DNA from: Octopus vulgaris
Taxonomy: Eukaryota
Length of the DNA: 64,000 bases
Direction of reading: 5' to 3'
Assembly (NCBI GenBank): GCA_951406725.2
Contig: OX597815.1
Location: 124,744,001-124,808,000, forward strand
Under the pieces are notes generated by a model that was not told the origin of the DNA, searched no databases, and saw nothing but the letters and a program-made list of their open reading frames with translations. The translations under genes and the position numbers were made by a program. Each line of letters begins with the position of its first letter. The first letter of the stretch is position 1. This document shows, piece after piece, positions 12,191-26,399 of the stretch.

Positions 12191-13599
12191 TAGAATGTGT
12201 AAAACTATTCTTTTTGAACACGGAAAATTTATTTATCCCCTTTTTGATTTTCATAGGCGCATGCAGGTGAGCCTACACTCCCTTGCCCTAGCTTATACTT
12301 CTCGTAAAAATCTGAATCCTTGTCAAACAGATATCGTCATCATAATTCTATTTTCATTGGTGTTATTATTAGGTTTCTTTTTACAAATCGGAGTAACTCA
12401 CCGTAAACCAAGTCATCGGCTTTAGGAAGTTATGCCGCATCAACGTCCTTCTGAAATAATATTTATTTTAGCTAACACTTCCTTGTATTCATCAAGATGG
12501 CTCAATAAGCAACATTGATACCCACCTCCGTATGTTTATAGACGTACCCAAACATATTTGCGAGTATCTATGCATAGCTCGCGCAAACATGCTGATACAC
12601 ACACACACACATATATACACCATTGATAAATAAAGTTGAAATATATTAAAGGCTTCAACGTGTTTCTTTTTCCTCGTCACATATTTCCCGTCCAAGTGTT
12701 TTCGGAGATTATGCTTCAGTTTATACGTAAAAGTACTGTGAATCATACGTTTTGTGAACTATTAAACAGATGTACGCAGACAGCTGATGTAGTCAAAAAG
12801 TTATTTCCTTGTATTTAGAAATTGATGTAGGTGTGCATGTGTGTGTGTTCGTGTGTTTGCATAAACATATGTACACATACATACACACATACACAGACAC
12901 ACAGACACATAAATATTTATACATATGTACACATACATACATGTATATATGTATATATATGTACACATATATATATATATATGTACATATATATATATAT
13001 GTGTGTGTGTGTGTGTTTGTGTGTGTGTGCGTGTGTGTGTGGTGCGTGTGTGGGATTCAATTTTTTTCTGTCCGTGTGTCTGTGAACAGAAATCTTTTTG
13101 GGTATTGTATATCTTTTACTTTTTCTCACGACTCTCGATTCTTTTTCTGCATATTTTCTTCTCTCTGATAAGGGGTATAACTTTGATAACTTCGACAACT
13201 TTGATAGGTTTCGGCCAGTCCAGTATAGGTCCAGGACATGTCTAACTTAATAGCACCCGAAACTTCAGATTCTCTTTTGTTTTTTTCTTTGGCGTATTAA
13301 TCTTCATTGCACAGATCTTTGTTTATTGTTTCAGTCACTTTACCTTTCTACGCTTTTAGGACGCGTGTATTTGTTTGTCTGACTCCGAGTAGTAAAGTTT
13401 GCTTGCCTTTTCAACTCTGCCTCAAAGTTTATTCATGTTATCTCTCTTTTGCATCATATATCTATATGTATTAATATATGCATGCATGTATGTATGCATG
13501 CATGTATGTATGCATGCATGTATGTATGCATGCATGTATGTATGCATGCATGTATGTATGTATCATGTATATATATACATATATATATATCATATATAT

Positions 13600-13790
13600 C
13601 ATTTGACTGTGGGCATGCTGGAGCGCCGCCTTTTTTAGCCGAGAAAATCTACCCTAAGATTTATTCTTTGTAAGCCCGGTACTTATTCTATTGGTCGAGC
13701 CGCTAAGTTACGTGGACGTAAACGCACCAATATCGGTTGTCGAGTGATGGCACGGGGGAAGGGCAAACACAGACACAGAAACACACACAT
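13600..13790 (-). mobile_element. SINE family B tail half
   Basis: 'catttgactgtgggcatgctggagcgccgcc..ccgctaagttacgtggacgtaaacgcacca..caaacacagacac' matches 43875-44030. Confidence 0.7.
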
Positions 13791-13916
13791 AAATATGCAC
13801 ACACATATATGTGTATCTATGTGAATTTTTGGGAATACGTAATGTCTGGTATTTCGTATATAGCCGGTATGTAATTGTGCATTTGTTTCCGTGTACTACG
13901 TGTTGTGAGTAAAAAA

Positions 13917-13998
13917 CATCCTGACGAGGGGAGTGTCAATTTCAAATATATGATATGTTTTATATTAACTGGCGCGTCTCCGAAACGGCCCGTAGATG
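13917..13998 (+). ncRNA. Type I hammerhead ribozyme with extended stem II
   Basis: catc-CTGACGA-ggggagtgtca...tggcgcgtctcc-GAAA-cggcccg-TA-gatg; complete core, stem I catc/gatg, GUA triplet. Confidence 0.8.
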
Positions 13999-14349
13999 AA
14001 TATTTATGTACTTTTGTAAATTTGTATATATTTATCTTCTCTGTATTTTTCTCTGGAATTTTGATATGTCATTGTATGTTTTATTTCCCCAAATTTTTAA
14101 TTTAACAAATTTATACCAAATGTTTTATGATTTTAAGGGTAAATTCAACGTGTTATATATGCAATATTGATTCTTATATATTTATGTATTTTTATATGAT
14201 GTTCATATAGTTTTGTAGATATAAATGAATATATGTATGTGTTTGATCTTTCTGTGGATTGTGTAATGGTCCTTTAGTTGCTGCTCATATTGCCTCCCCT
14301 CGGATTAATAATTATATATATATATATATATACATACATACATTCATAT

Positions 14350-15110
14350 ATTTGATATATGCATCTATATACATCTTCACAGATATATTTTATTCTACTA
14401 CTAAACACTGACCTATCCAACCAACCTAATCTATATTCCTAAATTCTTCATTCCACCATATTACCACACCTCTCTCTGCCCCATCATTTAGACTCTAACA
14501 CTACATAACTGACACTCCTTTACTTTTTACACTATTATACCTCTCTCTCTCTCTGTCACCCCAATTCCTTCTAACTGACACTCCTTTACTCTTTACTCTA
14601 TCATCTTTTTATACTCTAATATCTTTCTCTCTCTATCACCCTCATCTCCCCATTCCTACTTTCAATTCATCTTGACTGACCACTAACAGGTACACTCTCC
14701 CTGTCTTCATCTCATTATTATCTCTCTCCTTGTTTTTCTTTTTCCATTTTCTTTCTTTTATTTATTCCTCTTCTGTTTTTCTATTTACTTTTTTTCTTTT
14801 TTCTTTATTCCTCTCTTCCTGTTTTCGATTTAAATGAACCCTCGATTCAATAGCACTGTGTACAAAGTCTATACTTGGATGGACCAATTTTAAATACTAT
14901 TGGAATCTACTCACAAGGTATTGGAATCTTATATGCATACCATTCTGCCTAAATAATTGATCTACAAATACTATATCCCTGCATATCTCACATCTATTTT
15001 CATTCCTCCACTTCACTCTTTATCTAAATTAACTATTGCTTTACCATTTTCTCAAACCGTCTCCGATGAAGGGATATAATAAATATCCCGGAAAAAGCTG
15101 AGTCTAAAAG
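14350..15110 (+). mobile_element. Probable Penelope-like 3' region ending in a decayed hammerhead (15059-15104)
   Basis: Pyrimidine-rich repeat segment followed by gtct-CCGATGA-agggata(taataaa)tatcccg-GAAA-aagctg. Confidence 0.45.
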
Positions 15111-15440
15111 AACATAATTAAAATACAAATTCGAAACTTATATAAATATATACACTTGCGTCAGAAATTAATTAGCACTTCTCAAATTTCTACATTAAAT
15201 AGGTTAAATCAATTAACCTATGAGCTGTTCAAAACGTCTTACGCGATGAGAAAACTTAGTATGGTGTGATTTCGGTCCTTGCGAGGCGCTACCTATTCTA
15301 TTAAACAAATAAGTTATGTCTGCATTAGTTGTTGGACTGGCAACATCATAAGGCTGTAGACTCTAAAACTGCTCTGCAAACAAAGTTACGTCATCGTTCT
15401 GCGCGACAGTGAACTCGCAACAAAGCAATAGTTCGAAACT

Positions 15441-15489
<49 letters not shown>

Positions 15490-16532
15490 TTTATAAAATG
15501 GAAATAAAATTCCAGAATACATAAATATACATAAATAGACAAATGTCGATGTAATACATAAAACACGATTGAATTTAAGAATAATTTCTTTTGTAAGTAC
15601 ATTTAAAATTATAATACTTTAGTACGATGAAATAAAAATTTTTTCTTGAGAGGATTAAGTAGTAAAGAGACATACTAAAACAGCGAAAGAAAAAAAATAT
15701 AGAAATCACAAGTACGGGCCGTTTCAGAGATGGGCCATGGAATATGAGATATTTCATATTATTAATTATGGCACAGGATATTACACAAAGTTCGAAAACA
15801 CATCTGCATACCTGGACCGGTCAACCGTCAGCAGCAATGTGAGATATTATCCTAAAAAACTTATACCTTATATAATAGTATCTAATTTACATATTAATGG
15901 ATAGGACCAGAAGATTATGCTAAAAAGTATGTGCTAAGGTCTACCAGCACTAATATTTTGTTACATGTTAATTTTATATATATATACATATATATATATA
16001 TTTATATATGTGTGAGCGTGTGTGTATCAATATATATATAGATAAAAATATATATATATATATATAGATAAAAATATATATATACATATATATAGGTGAC
16101 GTGTTGTGCCAATGAATTGCATGGGAGACAACTATTTCTTCCTATAACCATAATGTCCTCGATGTTCTGCTAGGTCAAAGTTGGGAGTTTTAAGAGAAGG
16201 TGTCCTGTTTGAATTGAGAATCAAGAAAAAGAGCACGGCTTGCGTGCTGCTACATGGCATGGTACATACTGATACCAAATCATTCCCGACTGTGCTTGAT
16301 GTATGTTAAAACACATACAAAAGTACATACATACGAACATAAATGTACACACACATATGTATATGAATATATACATATATGCATACATACATACATGCAA
16401 ACACACACACATATATATGTGTGTCGTTAGCCAGTTGGAAGAGATGTCTTCCTGGCGCTTTAAACGACAGTAGCACTGTCCTGTATAGGGCGCCACACTT
16501 GTTTGGCAATTATATATACGTATATATGCATG

Positions 16533-16571
<39 letters not shown>

Positions 16572-19265
16572 GCATATTTGCTCACTCTCCCCAACACATA
16601 TATAGATAGGTATACAGAGAAAGGGGACGACAGAGAGATACAGATAGAGAGAGAGAGAGATATGTATATTGCTCATATATCTATAGAAATATATATGATC
16701 ACAAATGTGTGCACATTCACACGCACATATATATATATATGTACGTGTGTATATATATGCGTGTGTGTAGTTATGCATATGCGTGTACTTGTATGAACGT
16801 GATAAATGTTCTGAATCTCCGTTTATTGTTGGTCTTGTATAGAAGAAAAAGTAAAATAAAAAGTAAAAGCACCTCATCGCTTATTTGTTGTCACCCTATT
16901 TAGGTTAGAGGATTCATTCATCTGCTTTTCTTATTCACCCTACTTTTGGTTTCTGTCAGATATAGTGTTTATGATGACTCAGTAACGTTTTGGTTTCAAC
17001 AGTTCATGTGTATGTTGTCACAATGTCTCTGGTCCTTGTTTCTTAAGAAAATAATGCAAAATGCTTAAACTGATATGTATACAAATATAACCACACAAAT
17101 ACATAGGAACACTACTGTCCATTCAGTCACACACTCTCTTGTAATCCTTTCCATACACATTCACATGCACACACATACAGACACATATGTTTATGCGTGC
17201 CTGTATATGTATATGCGTGTTTGTGTCAGTGTAGATATATGTGTGTGTGTGTGTGTGTATGTGTGTTTGTATAAATATATGTATATGTATATATGTAGCT
17301 TATGCAAGTATATTTATATCTTTAACAAAATACAGCCAGCTTTTCCTCTTATCGTCTATTACACTCTCCCTTAGTAACTTGTATCTATCAGTGATACTTA
17401 CACCAACATTCTCCTAAAAGAAATACAATAGAATTTACACCTCATACCGCATCTTATACCAAACAGTTTTCTGAAGGAATAAAAATGAAGAGAGAATGAG
17501 AGAGAGTGAAAAAAAAAGCCTAAAAGACAGTTGTCTTCCTGACGAAAGTAATTAGCATAGATTTTGTTTTCATTTATATTGTAAAACATTATTCATGTGT
17601 TTATAGTTTACAATTATAGCAGTCTGCCAAAATTTTAATTCCTTAAGATTTGATGGTTTATCATTTGATTTTTTTAAAAGTTTATTTATACGAAAACTGT
17701 TCAAAAACAACCTTCGAATGCTTCTTCTGGTCGAACGTCTGCTGTGCCTTTAAAGCAGTAGTAAAATCGTTTTCTTTCTCATTCTTTCTTTTCTTTCCTC
17801 TGATGGAGTAATGACGATGTTAAACAATAAAACTTCCTCATATGCAGATGCAGAGATTATGGTGGAAGTTATGAATATAATTCTGTGTTTGATTTCGATA
17901 TGCGATAAAAGATTCTGCCAATCCATCGCCCTCACATGATGTGATACGATTAAACTTTAGAGAAGAAATCTATCCCAAAAAAGAGTACATTGTTCAAAAT
18001 TGTAAAATATTCTACGTGTGTGAGTGTGTAAGAAAACCTATTTCCATGGATGCACAGCAATGGATTTCAACCCCCAGAAAGTTATCAAACCTAAAGGCCC
18101 TTCTTCCTTACAAACATCGTACAGACAAAACATTTTTACATACCAAACTTACTTGAAATATGTTAATGATAACAGAATGATATATATAAAAACAACTGTG
18201 TGTGTATGTGTGCACGTACGTGCATATATGTGTGTGTGTGTATGTTCGTTTGCATGCATGTAGACATAAACATGGAACGGCCTTCGCTGTGGGATTTAGG
18301 CTCGGAGAACAACTTAAAGAATTCAGTAAACAAAGCATCACTACACTTTAACTTCAGCCTGACAAGCTTCTGCACACAGAAAATGTTTTATTTGGTTCTA
18401 TTAGTCCGAAATATTTAGTCTTATTTGTTTCTATTGTCCCAAACAATCGGTTCTACTATTTGGGATAGAAGTTCATGAATAGATCCAGATAACCGAGGTG
18501 ATGTCTGTCAATGAGGAGGGAGAATTGCGCCAAAATATGGTATCTAATGGTGCACTCACGTCATTTGGAGCATGTTTTTAATACTCAAAATCTTTAAGGA
18601 AAAGTTGTGCTCTGAAACTAAATCTCACAGCGAGTGCCCTGCTATGCTTGTGTATACGTGAACGTGTTATGAATGATGTTCCCATGGTTATTTTGGCCTC
18701 TGCTATTTCAAAATATTACACTAATCATAATTCACTGTCTTAAACTAAGAAAGGACACCTTCGACTTTATTATTTTACATACACGAAAGAGCTTTTGGGG
18801 GCGGTGTTTCTTCTAGTACATCAAATGCATTAAATTTAGAAGACAATTATCTAGGCAGGTAATGCAGCTGAATAGCAAGGACACTAGAGGACTGATCTAA
18901 ATGACAAACAATACTTAGTTTCCTCTCTTCAATGTCATGGGTTTCTGCTGCAACCAATCTTTCAAGTGGTAAAATTAGTAAGTAGGCAGTTATTGCATCA
19001 ATTCGATTGACCAAACTGTGGCCGCTTGCTGACATAAATCAACATGGAATCCTTGCAATGCCACAGGCAACACATTTATTGAGTGATCGAAATGACTTCT
19101 TGTATAGTACTGTTGGATTCTAGAGCAAAACCTAAATGATAAACATCAAAGCCAACATCCGTATGATTTGAACGTAAAGTAACAAAGCTGATTATTTTTC
19201 GCATATTGTATCTCACTCTCATCTGATTCTGCCATCCAGTACAATAGTCTATTCCCTAACCAAAA

Positions 19266-19659
19266 TCTATATATATAAAAGTGAAGTTGTGTGTCTCTCT
19301 CCTACGATTTAGATTCCTAACTACTCCCACATTTTGCGGTGCAGTGTAACCCAAAGCGGGTATCTTATAGTCGTGATTCATATCGAGCCCTTCTGGGTAT
19401 TAGCGCGCGTCTACGATGAGTCTACGCTTTAAAAAAAAATTACCATCATTTGTTTCCCATTTTTAATGCATTTTTTGCTATTATATAAGGGAAGTAACTC
19501 TCTAAAAATGTATTATTAAATCTCAGAACGTAAAAAGCTACAGTAACACCCCCCTTTGTGGTTAGCCATATTGAGATGGCTATTATACTTTACATCTCTA
19601 AAAATGCTTATATAGTTATTTCCCTTACAAACCCGAGCAACGCTGGGCGATACTGCTAG
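19266..19659 (+). mobile_element. Non-autonomous Helitron (same family as 4456-4960)
   Basis: A|TC...cccgagcaacgctgggcgatactgCTAG|T; first ~200 bp and last ~60 bp closely match copy 1. Confidence 0.9.
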
Positions 19660-20255
19660 TTATATATAAATACATTGATGCTACCCTGTTTCTGTATACT
19701 TTGTACTCAACGATATGTTATATAAGTTAAAACATGCATAAAATCGTAATTGTGAAAATCATTCAGTTAGGTACTTGGTTGCTAGTTCTTTCTTAGGTAT
19801 GAAAATCTAAAGAAAGTATAGTTAAATCTATCTCCTGGAGGCGCTGTATAATGTTTACAATATCATATTATCTCACGAAACTTAACAAATATAATTTCTG
19901 TTATATATTAGGAGCTTGAGATGTAAGGTGTTATGGAATTTAAAGTTTCTATTGTTCATGGTTTTATAAAAGTCGTTATTAGTGAAAGTAATGTGAAGAT
20001 GCTTCATCAGAGAAACTTCTTTCCAGAACCGCACGTTCAAAAAGCTCAGTCGAAATGCAAAATAAATTACATGAGATCGGATGGCAATTTGGTCTCACTA
20101 GTAAAATAGAATTATACAGGTTTAAGTAACAGAAAGTTTGCGGCATTCACCCATTTTCAGAAATGGCTTTAATCTCATGAGTAAACTTACTGAAAACTGA
20201 AACCGCTTCCCGCTTCGCAGTCTCATTACTTTCCTTATCGAAATAAAACATCATC

Positions 20256-20359
<104 letters not shown>

Positions 20360-20518
20360 GATAACCATTATCATCTTTCGACTACAACGTACACTTGTGT
20401 CGGAATAACGGACGTGCTACATATCCCGTTTCGTCATTTGCATCTTAATTTCATCAGTAGAAAAGGCATCACTGCTTTTCCATCAAAGTTTTGATCATAG
20501 TTTTGGTGTGATACTCAG

Positions 20519-20637
20519 CTTTTATACTCCCATGGAACTGTGCTAAGATGATGACGTGGCTTTCGGGTAACTCTGTATGTCTCAGACACTCCGCAGCCAA
20601 CTGGAGTGAGAGAAGTCGCCTTAAAGTTACTCATTGG
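20519..20637 (-). promoter_or_regulatory. Candidate Pol II core promoter on the minus strand: CCAAT (20633-20637), GATGACGTGGC CRE/UPRE-like site (20550-20560), TATAAAAG (20519-20526)
   Basis: Three motifs in canonical order and spacing in non-repetitive DNA; GTAAGT donor about 300 nt downstream (20190-20185). Confidence 0.35.
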
Positions 20638-21324
20638 TCACTTTCTGCATCCAGTTAATTTCTAAAGGTAATATAGATGTAATAGTCAGAAGGCAACGTG
20701 GTCATTGATCTGGTGATGATTCAAGTATCACACCTGTAAAACAAAGCTGGCTTGATTATCGCTGTTATTACATGTAAAATATAATTGCCGGAATTAATAT
20801 TATTATTACCAATAAATTGGTTTCTCGATTACCATTATTATTACCCGTAAACGCATTACTGCTATGAAGATTCTCTTCTTGGGTTGTACAATAAAGCTAC
20901 TTTATTAGCTGATGCATGAGACATTAAATACCAGTTGAAATTATACATAACTGGTAAAGAAATTAGAGTCTGATTACTTGAAAAATATAGTTAAAACAAT
21001 AACGATATGTTTTTTAAAATAATATGAATGTAATCAGAATGGAAATATAAATATAGCAGAATTTTACGCTACTGTAACGTACATATTTGAAGCTTCAGTA
21101 ATCGCCCATATGTCCAGAGTGATAAAGTTATGTGTAGCATTTCATAGCGAATGGAAGGAAATGAATTGAATATCAAACGTCTTAGCATTTAAAACAAGCT
21201 GTCATGAAATCTTAGTCGTTAAAGAATTGGGGTTTGATTTTAAAATATGCTAAAAATGTTTATAAAAATTTTGTTATTATATTCAGTAGGACCAGTGATT
21301 TTTTCGAAGCTCCATTTGTGGCTC

Positions 21325-21422
21325 ATAATATTTATTTGCCTGTTTTCTTTTTCTTTTATTTTGTTATATTCCATACATTTATTTGCTAGAATATCTCTCC
21401 TTTGATCTGCATAGACAATTCT
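21325..21422 (+). repeat. 98-bp segment duplicated at 22723-22820 (1 mismatch)
   Basis: Direct comparison. Confidence 0.95.
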
Positions 21423-22618
21423 CTGAAGATTAAAAAGATTTCATTCAAACAATAGCTCGAAATATTATTGTATGTAGATGCATGTGCATATATGTGTATG
21501 TGTGTGCGCGTATGTGCAAATATTATATATGTGCCTATATGTGTGCGCATATGAGTGCGTGTATGCACACACACAAATATACACTTATATGCATATGTGT
21601 ATGTGTGTGTATCAAACAACAGACAAACACCCGGGAATTCTATTTATATGTTTTGTTTACAACGGTATATTTCAAGCACACACACACACACACACAAAGG
21701 CGTAGCTATCGACCATGTATGTCAGAACAGATTTAAGTAAATGTCATCGTATTTATGGACATTTGTAAATTAATATTTATTTTTGTTTACCTCGAATGCC
21801 ATTCGTGTAGTTATATCATTCGTGTTGTTATATTTATCACGGAGTTAAACACTACGAATCATTCGTTTCTATAGAAACATTACGCAATTTCTTTTTTTGT
21901 TCTGGTCTGATTGCCGTTATTAACATATGGAAATACTCTATTTACAAATTCGTAAGTGTAATAACTGATGCTTTAAATGCATAGTGTGGTTATAATATGT
22001 CTACAGTTTATTCATTATTTGTTATAAATTATTCGTAATATCCAACGGTTATTTATATTTAAACAAGACTAAGTTTTCATTTCACTGATAATAAGAATTT
22101 AAAATAAAACACGGTTTGGTTGAGGCTAAACTGAATGTCCGAAGTTTGAGTCAAGCCAGTTATAGAGAAACAGTAAATTTATTAAAATCTCTGTGACACT
22201 TTCAGAATAGTTATAATCTAATTTATAAATAAACAAACAAACAAAAAAAACTATTTCATTGCTTTCCATGTTAATGAAAATACTTCACCATAAAAGTACA
22301 TATTTATATGAAGCAAAGGTAAAATAAACGACAAACAAGTTGCTTGTTTCATTACCTAATAAAAGATTTAATTAAAATTTAGTGTAGTTCACCTTATATT
22401 TCCAAACTATATTTGGTAGAGATTTATGAGCCTGTGATTTCCTTTTCATTTCTATATTTGTCTAACAACTAACTGTAACGGATGCATTTTATATCATGAA
22501 ATTATGTTAATATCAAATTCACATTTATCGTTAGATCCAGTAAAATTTTCTTTTAATGCTTTGAAGTAAAAAAAAGTTAATCCCATTCTTTAAAATGTTT
22601 AAACTCAGTATTTTGCAG

Positions 22619-22820
22619 TAAAATATGTCAATAATAGTTTTTAATTTTGTGCTATTGGTAGTACAAAATTAAAAAAACTATTATTGACATATTATTGACA
22701 TATTTTAATGTATACATTAAATATAATATTTATTTGCCTGTTTTCTTTTTCTTTTATTTTGTTATATTCCATACATTTAATTGCTAGAATATCTCTCCTT
22801 TGATCTGCATAGACAATTCT
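22619..22820. repeat. Hairpin (22619-22693) + 16-bp palindrome (22705-22720) + 98-bp copy of 21325-21422
   Basis: aatatgtcaataatagttttt..tgcta(ttgg)tagtac..aaaaactattattgacatatt; ttaatgtatacattaa. Confidence 0.85.
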
Positions 22821-22821
22821 T

Positions 22822-22980
22822 AGCGGCATTTCGTTCGTGCTTACATCTCGAACTCAAATTCTACCAAGGTTAACTTTGCCTTTCGGGATTCGATAAAATA
22901 AATACCAGTTGAGCACTAGTATCGATATAATCGACTTAGCCCCTTCCCGAAATTGCTGGCCTTGTACCAAAGTTTAAAAT
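22822..22980 (+). mobile_element. 5'-truncated SINE family A (tail type B)
   Basis: 'gcggcatttcgttcg..aactttgcctttcgggattcgataaaataaataccagttgagcact..ggccttgtaccaaa'. Confidence 0.75.
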
Positions 22981-25900
22981 CAGTATACATGACTGTATCA
23001 ACATTTACAGTAGGTTACAGGTTTGAATCTGCTTTTTTTTTTAAGTTTGGAAAATTTATATTTTCTTCCTAATTATACCGAAATTGTTTTATTTTAACTA
23101 TCTTTATTGTTAAAAGTAATAGAATTTCAGCCTCAATGTTTGCAAGATAACAAGTTTTAAATGTAATACAAGAAAAATATATTCATAAAACTCTTATCTC
23201 TATTCAATATTTTAAAGAATTGACAGAATAATAATTCTACTGTAGTTACTACTTCAAAGTCCAATGCAAACACTTCAGGCAAACAAACTAATCACACGAC
23301 CCGGATATCTTTCTTATGCTGATTACAGGGGCCCTCGTGTAAAGAAAAGTAATGAGCTGTTGAAAAATGTAAAAATGTATGGAACAATATCAATTGTTAA
23401 TGGTACAAGGCATTCTTTCTTTCTTTTTTATATCAAGATAAAATTAGGCTGACTTTTAAGATCATGCTATTAAAATTAAGTAATGGTGCATGTCACAGAA
23501 TGATGTCGTAGGAAGTAATAGTTGAAATATTTGTAGATGGAGTGTAGTACATTCCATCCACAATTATTCTAGCAACTAAGGTTTCGAAGCGGACGTATCC
23601 TATAACAATAATGAAGTATTTCTCTCATATGTAAACAGGTAACGCTATTTAATTAGTGAGAACTCAGCTCCGCCACCACTCAGTTAAAGAAGCGATAAGA
23701 AGTCATAGATTACATTGCGAAGATATTTCGCCGAGAACCTTTAAATTTAAATGCAAGTGTAAACGTATACAGTACTACACGTATAGCTTCCCGAATTTCT
23801 CGAGTTGCCAAAAATAGATTTTGAAAGTAATTTATTGCATGATTGAATTTCACAATACTTATTTCGTACAGAACTCTTGTGTACGTATGCCTCTCAATTA
23901 TCACATAATTTATGTCTTCTGAGGATTCACAAAATCATATGTTCTGTAGCCTTCTTATATTTCTTTTGCAGTTCCCTCGTACATGTCACTGAGAGAACGC
24001 TGCCAAGAGAAGCTTAGCTAATTTAAGGTGATTGCTGCTTCGGTCCCGTAGCTTTTCGAATATCAACAAATAGATAAGTCTTTTGAAAAGTGTTGTTGTT
24101 GATGCAATAGTAAATGTCAGTAATAAAGAAAATGTCAGATAAGGATGGCTTAGGATGTACTTGGTGAAAGCATTTGGAATGGAGTATGGTAGTGGTGAAC
24201 AATATTTTTTAGAAGACGTATATTAAAAGAAACATAGCCACTATCCCATCTGACTACGTATTCTTTTTTTCTTTATCAGTAAACTTCAGTTTCAACGAAT
24301 AAAATAAAAAATCTATTTATCCGTCATCAGAAATAAGACTACATATAAAAGATAGTAAAACTCAGCCAACAAGAAGCTCTAACTGGAATACTTTATAGTT
24401 TATGGTCTATTAGTTTTACTGCATACTCACAGCGACAAACTTTCTTCTTAAATGATCAAAGTTAACAAGCTGATCAAATATTGTATTGTTATAGATCACG
24501 TAACTCCACTCCACAAGTACTAGACATTTTAGCACAAGTCACTGCACATGAATATTTAATTTCTATTGCTTATCAACTTCCTGTCATTTGAGGGGATTAA
24601 ATACATTAAAATGATATTCGGAAATGAAACCAGTTTTTAGATTTCATTGACGTAACATATTGTACTGTGAAGCAAATCGGCTGAAGATAAATTTCAAACT
24701 CATTTAATACCAGTTTGAAAACTGTAGATACGCAATATTATTTTCTTTCCATTTCAGTTTTTCAGATAAAGAAGTAAGTAATAGAATTCACATGATAAGG
24801 TCAAAGGAAAGAAAATACCAGATCTAAAGGAAATAGTTGTCTGCTAATGACGTAATATCTGCTCATCTCACTACTTTTTAGCTTTCTAAACTATTACCGG
24901 GGGCGAAAGCACATGGAATACTAGACGATGTTTCTAATAAAACCTTATTTGGCACCTAAGAACAACTGCATTAACTACTGTATTGTTTGCTTACTGCTGC
25001 ATTGTTAATATATTATACTCTTATAACAATACATTAACACAAAAATATATCCGAAATTTACATGTGTTCTAACTTGTCTGCAGATTCTCAACTTTCTTTA
25101 AATAACCATCAATCCTACTTATATAGTACCTTTCAAAAAAGATTATATTCATTGGTGCTTTTAAATGTTATCGTGTTTGTGACTTTTTTTTTTATTTCTG
25201 ATATTTTCTGAGTTGTTATTTTATGGAATAATTTAGATTTAATTTACTTTTTATGCACGTTTTGTAGATCAGCAAATGTTGCTTTAAATTGTTTATTTAT
25301 TCATAATACAATACAATACTATTATAGTTTCTCCCCTTGTGGTTTTAAAAAACATAAAAACGTTGAGGTTGGATTAATACATAACATTTGTTTTACACAT
25401 TTATTCTTAAAATCACCGATATAAAGTTATAAAACATCTTTTACAAACATTATTTAAAATTTTGGAAGAAAGAATACATTTGAGTATATTATAATATCTA
25501 ATTCAAATCCTGCCAGAATTGTGTTCGCTTGATCTTTCAGACTAGGGATGGTCTGAAAGATTAGGCACATCCTGCATGTCATAAAAAACCTGTGTAATTT
25601 CCATAAGAGTCACTAACTGTTAAACTCTGTATGTATACGTGTATGTGTATGTGTGTGTTATGTAACAAAATGAAAATGACGGTATTGCGAGTTTTTATAA
25701 CCTACGATCGTTTCAATATTCAATATAATTATTTTTTATTGAGCAACATGATGGGTTATACATACAAACTATTTAAATTCATACGATATTAGGTGAAAGT
25801 TCCACAAAATGTTTCTTCAGGTCGATTCACAAAAGTTATTGCCGGAAAATACCACACACACACACACTCACAAATAATATAAACAGCAGGAAAAAGCAAC

Positions 25901-26005
25901 TGAAAAAACCTGAAACGTTTCCATTGGTAGATAGAAAGTTAAACATGAGTAGGAAATATATTTCACCTTGTTAAAATATGAACAATTCAATATATAACCA
26001 TTAGT

Positions 26006-26399
26006 CTTTTCTACTATAAGCTCAAGGCCTGGAATTTGAGGGGCGGGGGATAGTCGATTACATCGACCCCAGTACTTGCTTTGTACTTAGTGTATCGACC
26101 CCGAAAGAATGAAAGGCAAAGTCGACCTCGGCAGAATGTGAACTCAGAACGTAAGAGCAAACGAAATACCTATTTCTTTACTGCCCACAAGGGGCTAAAC
26201 ACAGAGGGAACAAACGAGGACAGACAAACGGATTAAGTCGATTACATCGACTCTAGTGCGTAACTGGTACTTAATTTATCTACCCCGAAAGGATGAAAGG
26301 CAAAGTCGACCTCGGCGGAATTTGAACTCAGTACGCAGCGCGGACGAAATACCGCAAAGCATTTCGTCCAGCGTGCTAACGACTCTGCCAGCTCACCAC
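26006..26399 (-). mobile_element. Dimeric SINE family A (head-core-tailA-core-tailB)
   Basis: Two tandem cores joined at 'acgaaatacctatttctttact'; degenerate flanking duplication tatataacca (25991) / tatatgacca (26401). Confidence 0.85.

Noticed and set aside
18847-19100. Possible hAT transposase remnant on the minus strand
   Set aside because: Only a vague C..H-like resemblance; too degenerate to support without a search
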